A DNA stretch of 63,833 nucleotides, filler included, from Bacteroidales bacterium (GCA_035389045.1; 3 parts of 3 records of this genome joined end to end with filler, not necessarily neighbours in it), one strand, 5' to 3'; counted from the first letter of the whole stretch, positions 30,521-42,323 are shown. The notes: generated by a model not told the origin, from the letters alone. Numbers and translations are program-made.

Positions 30521-31183
30521 TCAGAAGAACAACCGTATGCTTAGGTAAACAAAGAAACCGGACTGTAAAACAAAAAACAAAGCCCATACCATTGCGGGAA
30601 TGCCGGTTATTTTGGCAAGCGCTGCAGCGTCACCGGCAGTTTTTGGTTTTCGGGATGCCATGATCACAAGTTCGAAAGATGAATAGAAAGCTTCAAAAAG
30701 CATTACTGCTGATATCCATGCCGTAAAGACAAACTGAAAAAAATCATTGAGATAAAACCTTGCCAGTAATAAGACAACAATAAAAGTTATAATCCAGAAT
30801 ATTCCGTAAGTGTTCCTAACAAGGAATGTAAGATTGAGCAGGGCAACAATAGCAACACTATAGATCACAAGATCATATTTTCCTATTGAGATCAAAAAGA
30901 ACATCAGGCAGGCAAATGCTGAGCCGATGACGTAACCTGACAGCGCCACAAGCAACATGCTGAATTTTCCTTTGGTTTTAACAATTGCCGCCCCCGAGCG
31001 GTCACCAAACAGTTCCACTTCATAAACTTCACCGTTGGAGATTAGCGCCATCAGCGCATGGCCACTTTCATGAATAAGGGTATTGATGATCCGGAGAAAT
31101 TTACCCACATAAGGAATACGGTTAGTAATCAGGACTACCAGCGGAAGGGCATATAACACATAATTTTTATATTCTTCGTACAA
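30521..31183 (-). CDS. M50 (M50B-like) membrane metallopeptidase
   Basis: HESGH motif, multiple TM helices, C-terminal GDA motif; TTG start. Confidence 0.82.
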   Translation of the reverse strand: MYEEYKNYVLYALPLVVLITNRIPYVGKFLRIINTLIHESGHALMALISNGEVYEVELFGDRSGAAIVKTKGKFSMLLVALSGYVIGSAFACLMFFLISIGKYDLVIYSVAIVALLNLTFLVRNTYGIFWIITFIVVLLLARFYLNDFFQFVFTAWISAVMLFEAFYSSFELVIMASRKPKTAGDAAALAKITGIPAMVWALFFVLQSGFFVYLSIRLFF

Positions 31184-31215
31184 AACTGAAAAATTTGAGG
31201 CAAAGTAAACAAGAA

Positions 31216-31611
31216 TTATTTTTTCAGGGTTCTTTTGCGGAAAATTAATTTTCGCACAAAGTTTACATAAAACGAAGCCAGAAAGGCAAGGATAAAGATC
31301 ATAAGTGTGGCGGCCTCCGTAAAACCTTCATGGACATTTATTCCGAGAATTCTGAATATTATGTACTTGATATACGAAAAGGGCATGTCGTGCTGACCAA
31401 GTTTTTTAAGTACCTGCCAATGCCATTCGGTAAGCGGACAAAACCCCCATCCGTAAAAAATACCCAGTCCAAACCATGATAAACCTGTAAGCGATAGAGT
31501 AATAAAATTGGCAAGCCTGGTTTTTTTCCATATCCAGCCGAACATATTAAACAAGGATAAAACCGTATGAAACACAACAAAAAAATAGTCGAGAAAATGA
31601 TACCAAAACAT
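31216..31611 (-). CDS. DUF2784 family membrane protein
   Basis: Conserved His in the first TM and the GWGFCPLTEW motif. Confidence 0.8.
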   Translation of the reverse strand: MFWYHFLDYFFVVFHTVLSLFNMFGWIWKKTRLANFITLSLTGLSWFGLGIFYGWGFCPLTEWHWQVLKKLGQHDMPFSYIKYIIFRILGINVHEGFTEAATLMIFILAFLASFYVNFVRKLIFRKRTLKK

Positions 31612-31759
31612 GACTTAAAATCTGATTATTCCAATAAAATTAATATAATTTTTCCGGGAATAAAAATTTACCAATATTTATTATGTTTAATTATTGTAAA
31701 TCAACAACTTAGATAATGAAAAAACTGTTAATAACTTCTGTTTATTATTACTGATTTTT

Positions 31760-31793
31760 TTTGGAATCCATAACGAAATAAAACGTATCTTTG
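31760..31793 (+). promoter_or_regulatory. Bacteroidota sigma-A promoter for gyrB
   Basis: TTTG at 31760 and TATCTTTG at 31786. Confidence 0.5.
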
Positions 31794-31803
31794 TTTAAAA
31801 TAA

Positions 31804-33810
<2,007 letters not shown>

Positions 33811-33866
33811 TACTACTCAATAAGTTTACTATAAGAACCTAACAGGCGAAACAACACACCGGCAGC

Positions 33867-34553
33867 ATGAACATCATTATCACGGGCGCAGGTAAAGGCA
33901 TTGGTCTTGAACTCTGCAAAAGGTTTCTGCAGTATCCCGATATACATATTCTTGCCATTTCACGTGATACCGGTAAGCTGGAAATAATTGCACGTGAACA
34001 TTCATTCCTTCATCCCTGTTCTTTGGACCTGGAAAATGGAAATTATGCCACTGTCATCAATCAACTTTCCTCATTGCCCGGTGGAAAAGCTGCTGTTTTA
34101 ATCAACAATGCCGGATTATTGTTAAAAAAAGCATTTAAAGACCTGAATACCGAAGATAACAAAAGGATGCTGGCGGTAAATTATCTTGCGCCGTTTGAAC
34201 TGATACAGATGCTCCTACCCTATTTTACACCTGATGCCCATATTGTAAACATTAGCAGTATGGGCGGCTTTCAGGGCAGCATAAAATTTGATCAATTATC
34301 CGGTTACAGTGCCTCCAAAGCTGCCCTCGCATGTCTGACCGAATGTCTTGCCGTTGAATTACAGGAGAGAAATATAAAGGTGAACTGTTTATGTCCGGGT
34401 TCTGTTCAGACTGAGATGTTTCAGCAGGCATTTCCGGGAAGTAAAGCTTCGGCAGAACCCGAAAAAATTGCTGGTTTTATCGTTGAATTTGCTTTGAACG
34501 CTCATCATTTTATGAACGGAAAGATCATCCCCCTTTCGTTATCTGTGCCTTGA
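33867..34553 (+). CDS. Short-chain dehydrogenase/reductase
   Basis: TGAGKGIG, NNAG, YSASK. Confidence 0.92.
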   Translation: MNIIITGAGKGIGLELCKRFLQYPDIHILAISRDTGKLEIIAREHSFLHPCSLDLENGNYATVINQLSSLPGGKAAVLINNAGLLLKKAFKDLNTEDNKRMLAVNYLAPFELIQMLLPYFTPDAHIVNISSMGGFQGSIKFDQLSGYSASKAALACLTECLAVELQERNIKVNCLCPGSVQTEMFQQAFPGSKASAEPEKIAGFIVEFALNAHHFMNGKIIPLSLSVP

Positions 34554-34693
34554 TTTTTTTGATATAAACATACAATTTTTTAATCCGGTTTTCGTTTTTA
34601 GTTCTGGTTTTCACAATAATGTTTATCAAGGTTGCAAAACTTTATAGTTTAGGCAGATAGTGTTAAAAATTAAATTATTTAATATCATATGCC

Positions 34694-35482
34694 ATGAAAA
34701 CAATTAAAATCTTTTGCCTGGCAGCCCTCCTTGTACCATTATGGGGCTATTCACAATCAAAATCATCCATCACCATCAAGTCCATCACCATTGAGAACGG
34801 CGATACAATTGTCAAAGAACGCCATTACAACTCCGACGGCAACGGGATCATATTTGACGACAGTATATTCGGGGATAACAACCAGTTTATCTTTTTTAAT
34901 AATGACTATGACATTGACACTAATTTCTCCGAAAAGTTTCATGAAATTTTCAGTCGTGAGATGAATGATTTCTTTCAGGATTTCAACCACCCTCTTTTTG
35001 ACATGCCTGATAATCCGATAGACTTTTATAAGAAATCGTTCCCATTGAATTTCGATAGCGTATTTTCGGATGAAGACCAAGTCCATCTGCATCCTGATAC
35101 TACTGATGCATCCCGTAATAAAGCAAAATCAGTACCCCCGCAAGCACTACGAAAAAAAAGCATTACTGCGGAAAATATCATATTACCTTACAAACAGCCT
35201 GTCGATGAATTTTTAGCAGAACCTGGTTATGAACAAGGCAGTGTTAAAATTGTCTTTCAGCTCGACCAGCAGAAAAATACCCAGTTGTCTATTAAAGATG
35301 AATCAAAAAAGACAATATATAAAGAAAAGATACCCAGGTCGAAAGGGATATATACCCGGCTTTTTGACTTTAGTGTATATCCATCCGGCATCTATTTCCT
35401 GGAGCTCAGACAGGGAAAAAAATCATCGGTAAGCCGTATTTACAAAAAGGGAAATAATAATTATTTTGATTCAGATTATTAA
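34694..35482 (+). CDS. Exported hypothetical protein with a T9SS-CTD-like C-terminus
   Basis: Signal peptide, D/F/N-rich low-complexity middle, C-terminal FDFSVYPSGIYFLELRQ. Confidence 0.65.
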   Translation: MKTIKIFCLAALLVPLWGYSQSKSSITIKSITIENGDTIVKERHYNSDGNGIIFDDSIFGDNNQFIFFNNDYDIDTNFSEKFHEIFSREMNDFFQDFNHPLFDMPDNPIDFYKKSFPLNFDSVFSDEDQVHLHPDTTDASRNKAKSVPPQALRKKSITAENIILPYKQPVDEFLAEPGYEQGSVKIVFQLDQQKNTQLSIKDESKKTIYKEKIPRSKGIYTRLFDFSVYPSGIYFLELRQGKKSSVSRIYKKGNNNYFDSDY

Positions 35483-35498
35483 AAAAATATTATTTTTG
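35465..35498 (+). promoter_or_regulatory. Candidate promoter of tRNA-Val
   Basis: TTTG at 35465 and TATTTTTG at 35491, ending 7 bp before the tRNA 5' end. Confidence 0.5.
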
Positions 35499-35504
35499 TA
35501 TCAT

Positions 35505-35582
35505 GAGTCTTTAGCTCAGCTGGTTTAGAGCGCTTGCTTGACAGGCAAGAGGTCAGCAGTTCGATCCTGCTAAGACTCACCA
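35505..35582 (+). tRNA. tRNA-Val(GAC)
   Basis: Acceptor stem GAGTCTT/AAGACTC + ACCA; D arm GCTC/GAGC; anticodon stem CTTGC/GCAAG with loop TTGACAG; T arm AGCAG-TTCGATC-CTGCT. Confidence 0.96.
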
Positions 35583-35590
35583 ACAAAGAC

Positions 35591-35622
35591 AAGGGTTTCA
35601 GAGGGTTCTGAAATCCTTTTTT
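35591..35622 (+). terminator. Terminator-like hairpin after the tRNA, repeated in each array unit
   Basis: AAGGGTTTCAGA-GGGT-TCTGAAATCCTT followed by TTTT. Confidence 0.7.
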
Positions 35623-36260
35623 GTTTCAGGGGTCAAGGAAAAGTCAATATTATCAGAAATTTCAAAAATCTTACTATATTCCGGTTTACACAAAAATTGA
35701 CACATAAAAAGTTTTGCTGGTTTAGAGCGTCCCGACGATCCGCCAACCGGCGGATGTCGGGAAGGTCAGCAGTTCTTCCGATAGCCATCGGAACTGCTAA
35801 GACTCACCAACAAAGACAAGGGTTTCAGAGGGTTCTGAAATCCTTTTTTGTTTCAGGGGTCAAGGAAAAGTCAATATTATCAGAAATTTCAAAAATCTTA
35901 CTATATTCCGGTTTACACAAAAATTGACACATAAAAAGTTTTGCTGGTTTAGAGCGTCCCGACGATCCGCCAACCGGCGGATGTCGGGAAGGTCAGCAGT
36001 TCTTCCGATAGCCATCGGAACTGCTAAGACTCACTTAGATAAACAAGGGTTTCAGAGTTTCTGAAATCCTTTTTTGTTTCAGGGGTCAAGGAAAAGTCAA
36101 TATTATCAGAAATTTCAAAAATCTTACTATATTCCGGTTTACACAAAAATTGACACATAAAAAGTTTTGCTGGTTTAGAGCGTCCCGACGATCCGCCAAC
36201 CGGCGGATGTCGGGAAGGTCAGCAGTTCTTCCGATAGCCATCGGAACTGCTAAGACTCAC

Positions 36261-36542
36261 TGCAAACTTCGCACAACTGGTTTTTAAAAAAGGTATTTAA
36301 CCTTCAAGAGATATTTGTATTGTACTTTTTGTCTTGACACAAAAAGTACCAAAAAAGTCAAGAAAATATATACCGAACCTACACACAAGCCACTCCCTGA
36401 CACCGGCATATTTTCAGGCCAGCGCTCTTTGTTTCTGCGAAACAATTCGGTTTTGGGCAGGATATATTTAAAGTCAACGGTATGCTTATAAAAAACAACA
36501 GGCAAATAAACCAAAGGTGTAAATGGAATCTGACAAAATTAC
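36261..36542 (+). repeat. ~280-bp cargo insert, copy 1 (contains the structured repeat)
   Basis: Replaces the 7-nt CAACAAA between GACTCAC and GACAAGGG; near-identical to 36711-36992. Confidence 0.85.
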
Positions 36543-36710
36543 GACAAGGGTTTCAGAGGGTTCTGAAATCCTTTTTTATTTCAGTGTGACACAAAAATAT
36601 ACACATAAATGGATTTGCTGGTTTTCAGCCTCCCGATAGTCGCCGCATAACTGATCGTCGGCAAAAGGTCGGCAGCTCTTCCGATAGACATTGGAACTAC
36701 TAAGACTCAC

Positions 36711-36992
36711 TGCAAACTTCGCACAACTGGTTTTTAAAAAAGGTATTTAACCTTCAAGAGATATTTGTATTGTACTTTTTGTCTTGACACAAAAAGTACC
36801 AAAAAAGTCAAGAAAATATATACCGAACCTACACACAAGCCACTCCCTGACACCGGCATATTTTCAGGCCAGCGCTCTTTGTTTCTGCGAAACAATTCGG
36901 TTTTGGGCAGGATATATTTAAAGTCAATGGTATGCTTATAAAAAACAACAGGCAAATAAACCAAAGGTGTAAACGGAATCTGACAAAATTAC
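36711..36992 (+). repeat. ~280-bp cargo insert, copy 2
   Basis: Offset exactly 450 bp from copy 1; I see two C/T differences within the insert. Confidence 0.85.
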
Positions 36993-37389
36993 GACGAGGG
37001 TTTCAGAGGGTTCTGAAATCCTTTTCTTTCGGGTAACACAACAGTATACACATAAATATATTTACTGGTTTTGAGCCTCCCGATAGTCGCCGCATGGCGG
37101 ATCGTCGTCGGGAAAAGGTCAGCAGTTCTTCCGATAACCATCGGAACTGCTAAGACTCACCAACAATGACAAGGGTTTCAGAGTTTTTTGACTCCTTTTA
37201 TAAAGGCATATAACAATTCAATATTTTATCTTCAGATTCATGCGTGGGATTAGAGTATAATGACTTTTCTGCTTATAAGCCGTAATAATTTTTTGGACAT
37301 TATCATATTTTCCTGTTATTATAAACAGTATGATGGGTAACACAACCATTCTTTGTTTATTTTTGTTACGCATAAATAAACGACCTGAT

Positions 37390-39741
37390 ATGTACAAAAA
37401 ATCACTGATAATAATGATATTGTTTACGGCTCAGGTATGTTTCGGCCAGCAAACCGAAGTACTAAGCCATGTTAAAGTGTGGGGCAAAGATTACCGGCAG
37501 CTTACTGATGCAGGTATCACATTAATTAATGGCCATTATTTACATAAATCTTATTTCGATGGAGCGGTGAACATCAAGGATTTAAATAAACTGAAATTAT
37601 CGGGGTTGCCATACGAAATAATCTCCGAAAACCTCACTGAACACTATCAAATCAGAAATCAGCACCCTCAAACCGGTGAAAAGAATATCACATACAACTG
37701 CGGCCTGCCCAAAACTTACTCCACTCCCACACATTTCAACCTGGGCAGCATGGGTGGCTATTTTACCTTAACCGAAGCAATGGCCCAGCTCGATTCCATG
37801 AGGGCCTGGTTTCCCAACCTGATTTCAGCGAAGTCGCAGATCGGATTATCCATCGAAAACCGCCCGGTATATGCTGTAAAAATCTCTGACAACCCCGACA
37901 TCCAAGAGGGCGAAAAACAGGTGCTATACACGTCGCTGCATCATTCATCGGAGCCTTGCAGTATGCAGCAGTTGTTTTTTTTTATGTACTATCTTCTTGA
38001 AAATTATAGTACCGATAGTGAAATAAAGTACCTGATTGACAACCTTGAGTTATATTTTGTTCCGGTCATAAACCCTGATGGCTATGTATACAACCAGAAC
38101 CAGAATCCTGCCGGTGGAGGTACCTGGCGTAAAAACAGAAGGGATAACGGATTGCTTTCTTACGGTGTTGACCTTAACCGCAATTACGGTTTTCAGTGGG
38201 GATATAATAACATTGGTTCGCAGCCTATTGGCAGTTCACCCTGGTACAGAGGCACGGCTGCCTTCTCGGAACCCGAGAGCCAGGCCATGAAATCATTTAT
38301 AGAAGCTCATGAATTTTTACTCGATATGAACTGGCATTCATGGGGAAATTTTCTGATTTATCCCTGGAATTATGAATCAATATTGACCAGCGACTCCACC
38401 CTGTTTGAAGAGTTCTCGCGCTACCTGACCATTGACAGCCATTACCGTTATGGTACCTGTGACCAGACATACGGATACAACAGCAATGGCGATGCCGACG
38501 ATTGGGATTACGGAGATACTACTTCCAAAAATAAAATCATATCGGTCACGGCTGAAGTCGGATCGTCGGTTGACGGATTCTGGCCCAATGCGGCAAACAT
38601 TGAATCATTATGCATCACTGCTCTGGATATGAACCTGCGTTTTGCAAAACTGGGTACACCATACGCTCTTTTGAACGACATTTCACCAACTTATATTTCC
38701 GGCACTTTCGTTAACATTCCGGTTGAGGTTTATTGTCTCGGACTCGATGTGCCGGCCAACTTTGCCGTGAGCATAACACCTATATCCGCTGATATTGTCA
38801 GCACAGGCCTCCCTGTGACATTCAGCGCCATGCAAACCCTTGAGAAAAGATATGACACGGTTGTGCTCAACCTGAATCCTGCCATAATTCAGGGCGCCGA
38901 GGTGTCGTTCTCATTGGATATCAGTAACGGTATTTTCACATGGAAAGATACCATCACAAAAATATACGCCAGTCCCGACACTATTTTTTATGATCCTGCT
39001 GAAAATCTTGTCAATTGGGCAGCAGATGATTTTGCTGTTACTTCCGAAAATTATGTTTCTTTTCCATCATGTTTTACGGAATCACCTTCGGCAAACTACG
39101 GCCTGTTGCAGACGTCGTCATTAGAAATGATTGATGCGCTGGATCTCAGTGCTGCCAGCAGCGCTTATTTTCTTTTCAATGCTAAATGGGAAACAGAAAA
39201 ATCGTACGACTGGGTGCAGGTGCTGGCGTCATCCGATAATGGAAGCACCTGGCAGCCTTTGTGCGGGCGATATTCAGCCTACGGCACTGATGATGAAGAA
39301 GAAGGAGAGCCGGTTTACGACGGGTTGTCCCATAACTGGGTACTGGAAGAAATTTCTCTGGATGCCTTTGTTGGCGGCACCCTGAAGATCAGGTTTGAAT
39401 TTCACAGCGACCAGACCCATAATTTTGACGGTTTTTACCTGGATGATATAACAGTGCTTGCAAATACGTCAACCGTTTCTGCTCAAGCATTTCCAAAGAC
39501 CGACCGGTTCCGGATGTTTCCTAACCCTGCCAATGAACAGATAAATATTGTAGTTTCCGAAACGGATAATTATTCATTCCGGCTGATGGATATCTACGGA
39601 AATCTGGTACCTGTCGAATGGAGAAAGACTGGCAATGTTTTAAAATCAGACACCCGGAATCTTTCCTCAGGTTCGTATTTTTTGCAGGCAATTTCAGAAA
39701 ACACAGTTCTCATAACACAAAAGGTTGTCGTAATTCATTAA
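37390..39741 (+). CDS. M14 zinc carboxypeptidase (carboxypeptidase T-like) with beta-sandwich domain and T9SS CTD
   Basis: HHSSEP, NPDGY, WRKNR, GVDLNRN, FSEPE, WHSW; CTD MFPNPA...GSYFL...KVVV. Start taken at MYKKS. Confidence 0.9.
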   Translation: MYKKSLIIMILFTAQVCFGQQTEVLSHVKVWGKDYRQLTDAGITLINGHYLHKSYFDGAVNIKDLNKLKLSGLPYEIISENLTEHYQIRNQHPQTGEKNITYNCGLPKTYSTPTHFNLGSMGGYFTLTEAMAQLDSMRAWFPNLISAKSQIGLSIENRPVYAVKISDNPDIQEGEKQVLYTSLHHSSEPCSMQQLFFFMYYLLENYSTDSEIKYLIDNLELYFVPVINPDGYVYNQNQNPAGGGTWRKNRRDNGLLSYGVDLNRNYGFQWGYNNIGSQPIGSSPWYRGTAAFSEPESQAMKSFIEAHEFLLDMNWHSWGNFLIYPWNYESILTSDSTLFEEFSRYLTIDSHYRYGTCDQTYGYNSNGDADDWDYGDTTSKNKIISVTAEVGSSVDGFWPNAANIESLCITALDMNLRFAKLGTPYALLNDISPTYISGTFVNIPVEVYCLGLDVPANFAVSITPISADIVSTGLPVTFSAMQTLEKRYDTVVLNLNPAIIQGAEVSFSLDISNGIFTWKDTITKIYASPDTIFYDPAENLVNWAADDFAVTSENYVSFPSCFTESPSANYGLLQTSSLEMIDALDLSAASSAYFLFNAKWETEKSYDWVQVLASSDNGSTWQPLCGRYSAYGTDDEEEGEPVYDGLSHNWVLEEISLDAFVGGTLKIRFEFHSDQTHNFDGFYLDDITVLANTSTVSAQAFPKTDRFRMFPNPANEQINIVVSETDNYSFRLMDIYGNLVPVEWRKTGNVLKSDTRNLSSGSYFLQAISENTVLITQKVVVIH

Positions 39742-39928
39742 TACCAGATATCTGCCTGATTTGCAATGAATTGTCATTGTGGATGGAAATGGGATAATAA
39801 TAGCTTTGTCTTTGTGAGAAAATGTTACCCGCTTTACACACAGGCGGATCGCAGATTTATGCAAGCAGGAAAAAGAAACCTGGCACTATGACCGCCAACG
39901 TTTTGAAGTTCATAAAAAAGATATAGTC

Positions 39929-39961
39929 AAAAAAAAGCCGGTTCCTGAGAGCCGGCTTTTT
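39929..39961 (-). terminator. Terminator downstream of rpsA (possibly bidirectional)
   Basis: A8-GCCGGTTC-CTGA-GAGCCGGC-T5 hairpin between convergent genes. Confidence 0.85.
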
Positions 39962-39977
39962 CATTCGTGCAAAACAA

Positions 39978-42239
39978 CTATTCTCCGAAATTGATCTCAC
40001 CATCCACCTGTTTCTTATCTTCCTTATTTTCTTCAGCATTGTCCGGCGTTGGCTCATCCTTCTTAATATCTTCTACTTTCTTGACTTCTTCGGTTATGTT
40101 TTCTTCTTCAACTATCTTCTCTTCTGCTTTTTTAGCCTCTTTTTTGCTAATTTTTTCCTTGTATTTTTTGTCGAAAATTTCGCGTTCGTTTTGTTCCATA
40201 TCCGATTTCAGGTTGGCCAGAGCTTCAATGTCGCCGAGGGTAGTTTTTTCGAGGTTGTCTTTGATTTTCTTTACCACCTTTTTAGCCGTTGTTTCTTTGT
40301 TTTTCTGGTCGGCAGCTTCTTTAGCCTTTTCGGCATTGATGGCATCCTGCCAGAGTTTGGTATGTGAAACAAGGATCTTTTTATTGTCTTTGGAAAATTC
40401 GATTACTTTAAAATCAAGGGTTTCATCGGTGCGTGCGATGGTATTGTCTTCTTTCAGCAGATGACGTGCGGGAGCAAAACCTTCAACGCCGTATGGCAGT
40501 GAAATGATGGCCCCCTTATCATTAGAGCTCACGATGGTTCCTTTATGGATGCTGTCGACGGTGAACACGGTTTCAAAGATATCCCAGGGATTTTCTTCCA
40601 GCTGCTTGTGGCCTAAGCTCAGGCGGCGGTTTTCAGTATCCACTTCCAGAACGACCACTTCGATCTTTTCTCCGATTTTGGTAAATTCAGCAGGATGTTT
40701 AATCTTTTTCGACCAGCTGAGGTCAGAAATATGGATAAGACCATCCACACCTTCTTCGAGCTCAACGAAAATACCAAAGTTGGTAAAGTTGCGTACGATG
40801 GCTTCGTGTTTTGAGTTTACAGGGTATCTTTCGCCAATGTTGGTCCATGGATCAGGGATCAGTTGTTTTATACCCAGTGACATTTTGCGTTCTTCGCGAT
40901 CTAAGGTAAGAATGATAGCTTCAATTTCATCGTTGACTTTCAGAAAATCGTGAGCGGTACGCAGGTGCTGCGACCAGGACATTTCAGAGACGTGGATAAG
41001 ACCTTCAACGCCTTTGGCAATCTCTATGAATGCGCCATAGTCAGCAATAACAACCACTTTTCCTTTAACCTTATCACCAACTTTTAAATTAGCATCCAGA
41101 GATTCCCACGGATGAGGTGTGAGTTGTTTCAAGCCTAAGGCAATACGTTTTTTGCCTTCGTCGAAATCGAGGATAACTACCTGTATTTTCTCATCTAAAG
41201 TTACGATTTCTTCAGGATGGCTGATACGGCCCCAGGAGAGGTCGGTGATGTGAATAAGTCCGTCGACACCGCCCAAATCAATAAATACACCATAAGAAGT
41301 GATGTTTTTAACGATTCCTTCGAGCACCTGTCCTTTTTCGAGTTTTGCAATGATCTGTGATTTCTGTTGTTCAAGTTCGTCTTCAATAAGCGCTTTGTGT
41401 GAAACAACCACATTTTTGAATTCGTTGTTCACCTTCACCACTTTGAACTCCATATTTTTTCCTACAAAGACGTCATAATCGCGTATGGGTTTCACGTCGA
41501 TCTGCGAACCGGGGAGGAAAGCTTCGATACCAAATACATCTACAATGAGGCCGCCTTTAGTACGGCATTTAACAAATCCGGTAATGATTTCGTCTTTTTC
41601 GAGGGCTTCGTTCACACGATCCCATGCTTTGAGCAGTTTGGCTTTTTTGTGTGAAAGGATAAGTTGTCCGGTAAGGTTTTCCTGGCTTTCAACGTACACA
41701 TCCACTTTGTCGCCAATTTTCAGGTCGGGTATGTCCCTGAATTCATTCAGGCTGACCACCGCGTCGGATTTAAAACCTATGTTTACCACAACCTCACGGC
41801 TGTTCATTCCCACAATGGTTCCATCAACAACCTGTTGTTCCACGATGGAACTTAATGTCTTGTCGTAGATATCTTCCAGTTTTTTGCGTTCATCACCGGA
41901 ATAAGTATCATGTTTTTTGCCGATATTTTCCCAGTTAAAATTTTCGTCCACTGTTTTCACCACTCTCTTTGGTTTTTCAGCGACCTTTTCTGCTTCTGCA
42001 ACAGGGGTTTCAACCTGCTCTTCAGCTTCTGTTTTTTCAACAACTTCGTTTGTTTCAGTTTCTGCAACAGGGGTTTCCTGAGCTTCAGCTTCTGTTTTTT
42101 CAACAACTTCGTTTGTTTCAGTTTCTGCAACAGGGGTTTCCTGAGCTTCAGCTTCTACATTGGTTTCCACCTGGTTGTCCTGTTGTTCCTGATTTTCCTG
42201 AACGTTTTCCTGATCGTTCAAATTTGTTTCGTCGGTCAT
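39978..42239 (-). CDS. rpsA: 30S ribosomal protein S1 with acidic N-terminal and charged C-terminal extensions
   Basis: Six S1 repeats (AFLPGSQID, GLIHITDLSW, GLIHVSEMSW, GLIHISDLSW) and the TTLGD tail motif. Confidence 0.96.
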   Translation of the reverse strand: MTDETNLNDQENVQENQEQQDNQVETNVEAEAQETPVAETETNEVVEKTEAEAQETPVAETETNEVVEKTEAEEQVETPVAEAEKVAEKPKRVVKTVDENFNWENIGKKHDTYSGDERKKLEDIYDKTLSSIVEQQVVDGTIVGMNSREVVVNIGFKSDAVVSLNEFRDIPDLKIGDKVDVYVESQENLTGQLILSHKKAKLLKAWDRVNEALEKDEIITGFVKCRTKGGLIVDVFGIEAFLPGSQIDVKPIRDYDVFVGKNMEFKVVKVNNEFKNVVVSHKALIEDELEQQKSQIIAKLEKGQVLEGIVKNITSYGVFIDLGGVDGLIHITDLSWGRISHPEEIVTLDEKIQVVILDFDEGKKRIALGLKQLTPHPWESLDANLKVGDKVKGKVVVIADYGAFIEIAKGVEGLIHVSEMSWSQHLRTAHDFLKVNDEIEAIILTLDREERKMSLGIKQLIPDPWTNIGERYPVNSKHEAIVRNFTNFGIFVELEEGVDGLIHISDLSWSKKIKHPAEFTKIGEKIEVVVLEVDTENRRLSLGHKQLEENPWDIFETVFTVDSIHKGTIVSSNDKGAIISLPYGVEGFAPARHLLKEDNTIARTDETLDFKVIEFSKDNKKILVSHTKLWQDAINAEKAKEAADQKNKETTAKKVVKKIKDNLEKTTLGDIEALANLKSDMEQNEREIFDKKYKEKISKKEAKKAEEKIVEEENITEEVKKVEDIKKDEPTPDNAEENKEDKKQVDGEINFGE
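42021..42156. repeat. 63-bp in-frame tandem duplication in the rpsA N-terminus
   Basis: Two identical units at 42021 and 42084 plus a partial third, encoding EAEAQETPVAETETNEVVEKT. Confidence 0.9.
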
Positions 42240-42323
42240 GTAATGTTTCTTTCTTTGTATGCCTGCAATCTGCTTACAGACAGGGGTTAATAATAATGTT
42301 AATTACAAAAATAAATTGGAGTG

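Larger units (their letters stand above)
35583..37200 (+). repeat. Tandem array of five remodelled tRNA-Val 3'-fragments (three ~227-bp units, two ~450-bp units)
   Basis: Fragments (GCTGGTTTAGAGCG...GGTCAGCAGTTC...CTGCTAAGACTCAC) at 35716-35809, 35943-36034, 36169-36260, 36617-36710 and 37064-37162. Confidence 0.92.

Noticed and set aside
30247..30663. SRESGV-repeat ORFs
   Set aside because: Translation artefacts of the stop-free heptamer repeat; one overlaps the M50 peptidase on the opposite strand.
36284..36964. Two near-identical 76-aa ORFs (36284-36514, 36734-36964) and the 76-aa ORF at 35697-35927
   Set aside because: They are read through hairpin-rich repeats with non-ATG starts and no protein-like features; the homologous repeat at 41-203 has insertions that do not preserve the frame.
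35716..37162. Five additional functional tRNA genes
   Set aside because: Each lacks the 5' acceptor strand and the first D-stem strand, and has no 7-nt anticodon loop.
35583..37200. CRISPR array
   Set aside because: The repeats are ~90-bp tRNA derivatives, the intervening sequences are themselves repeated rather than unique spacers, and there are no cas genes.
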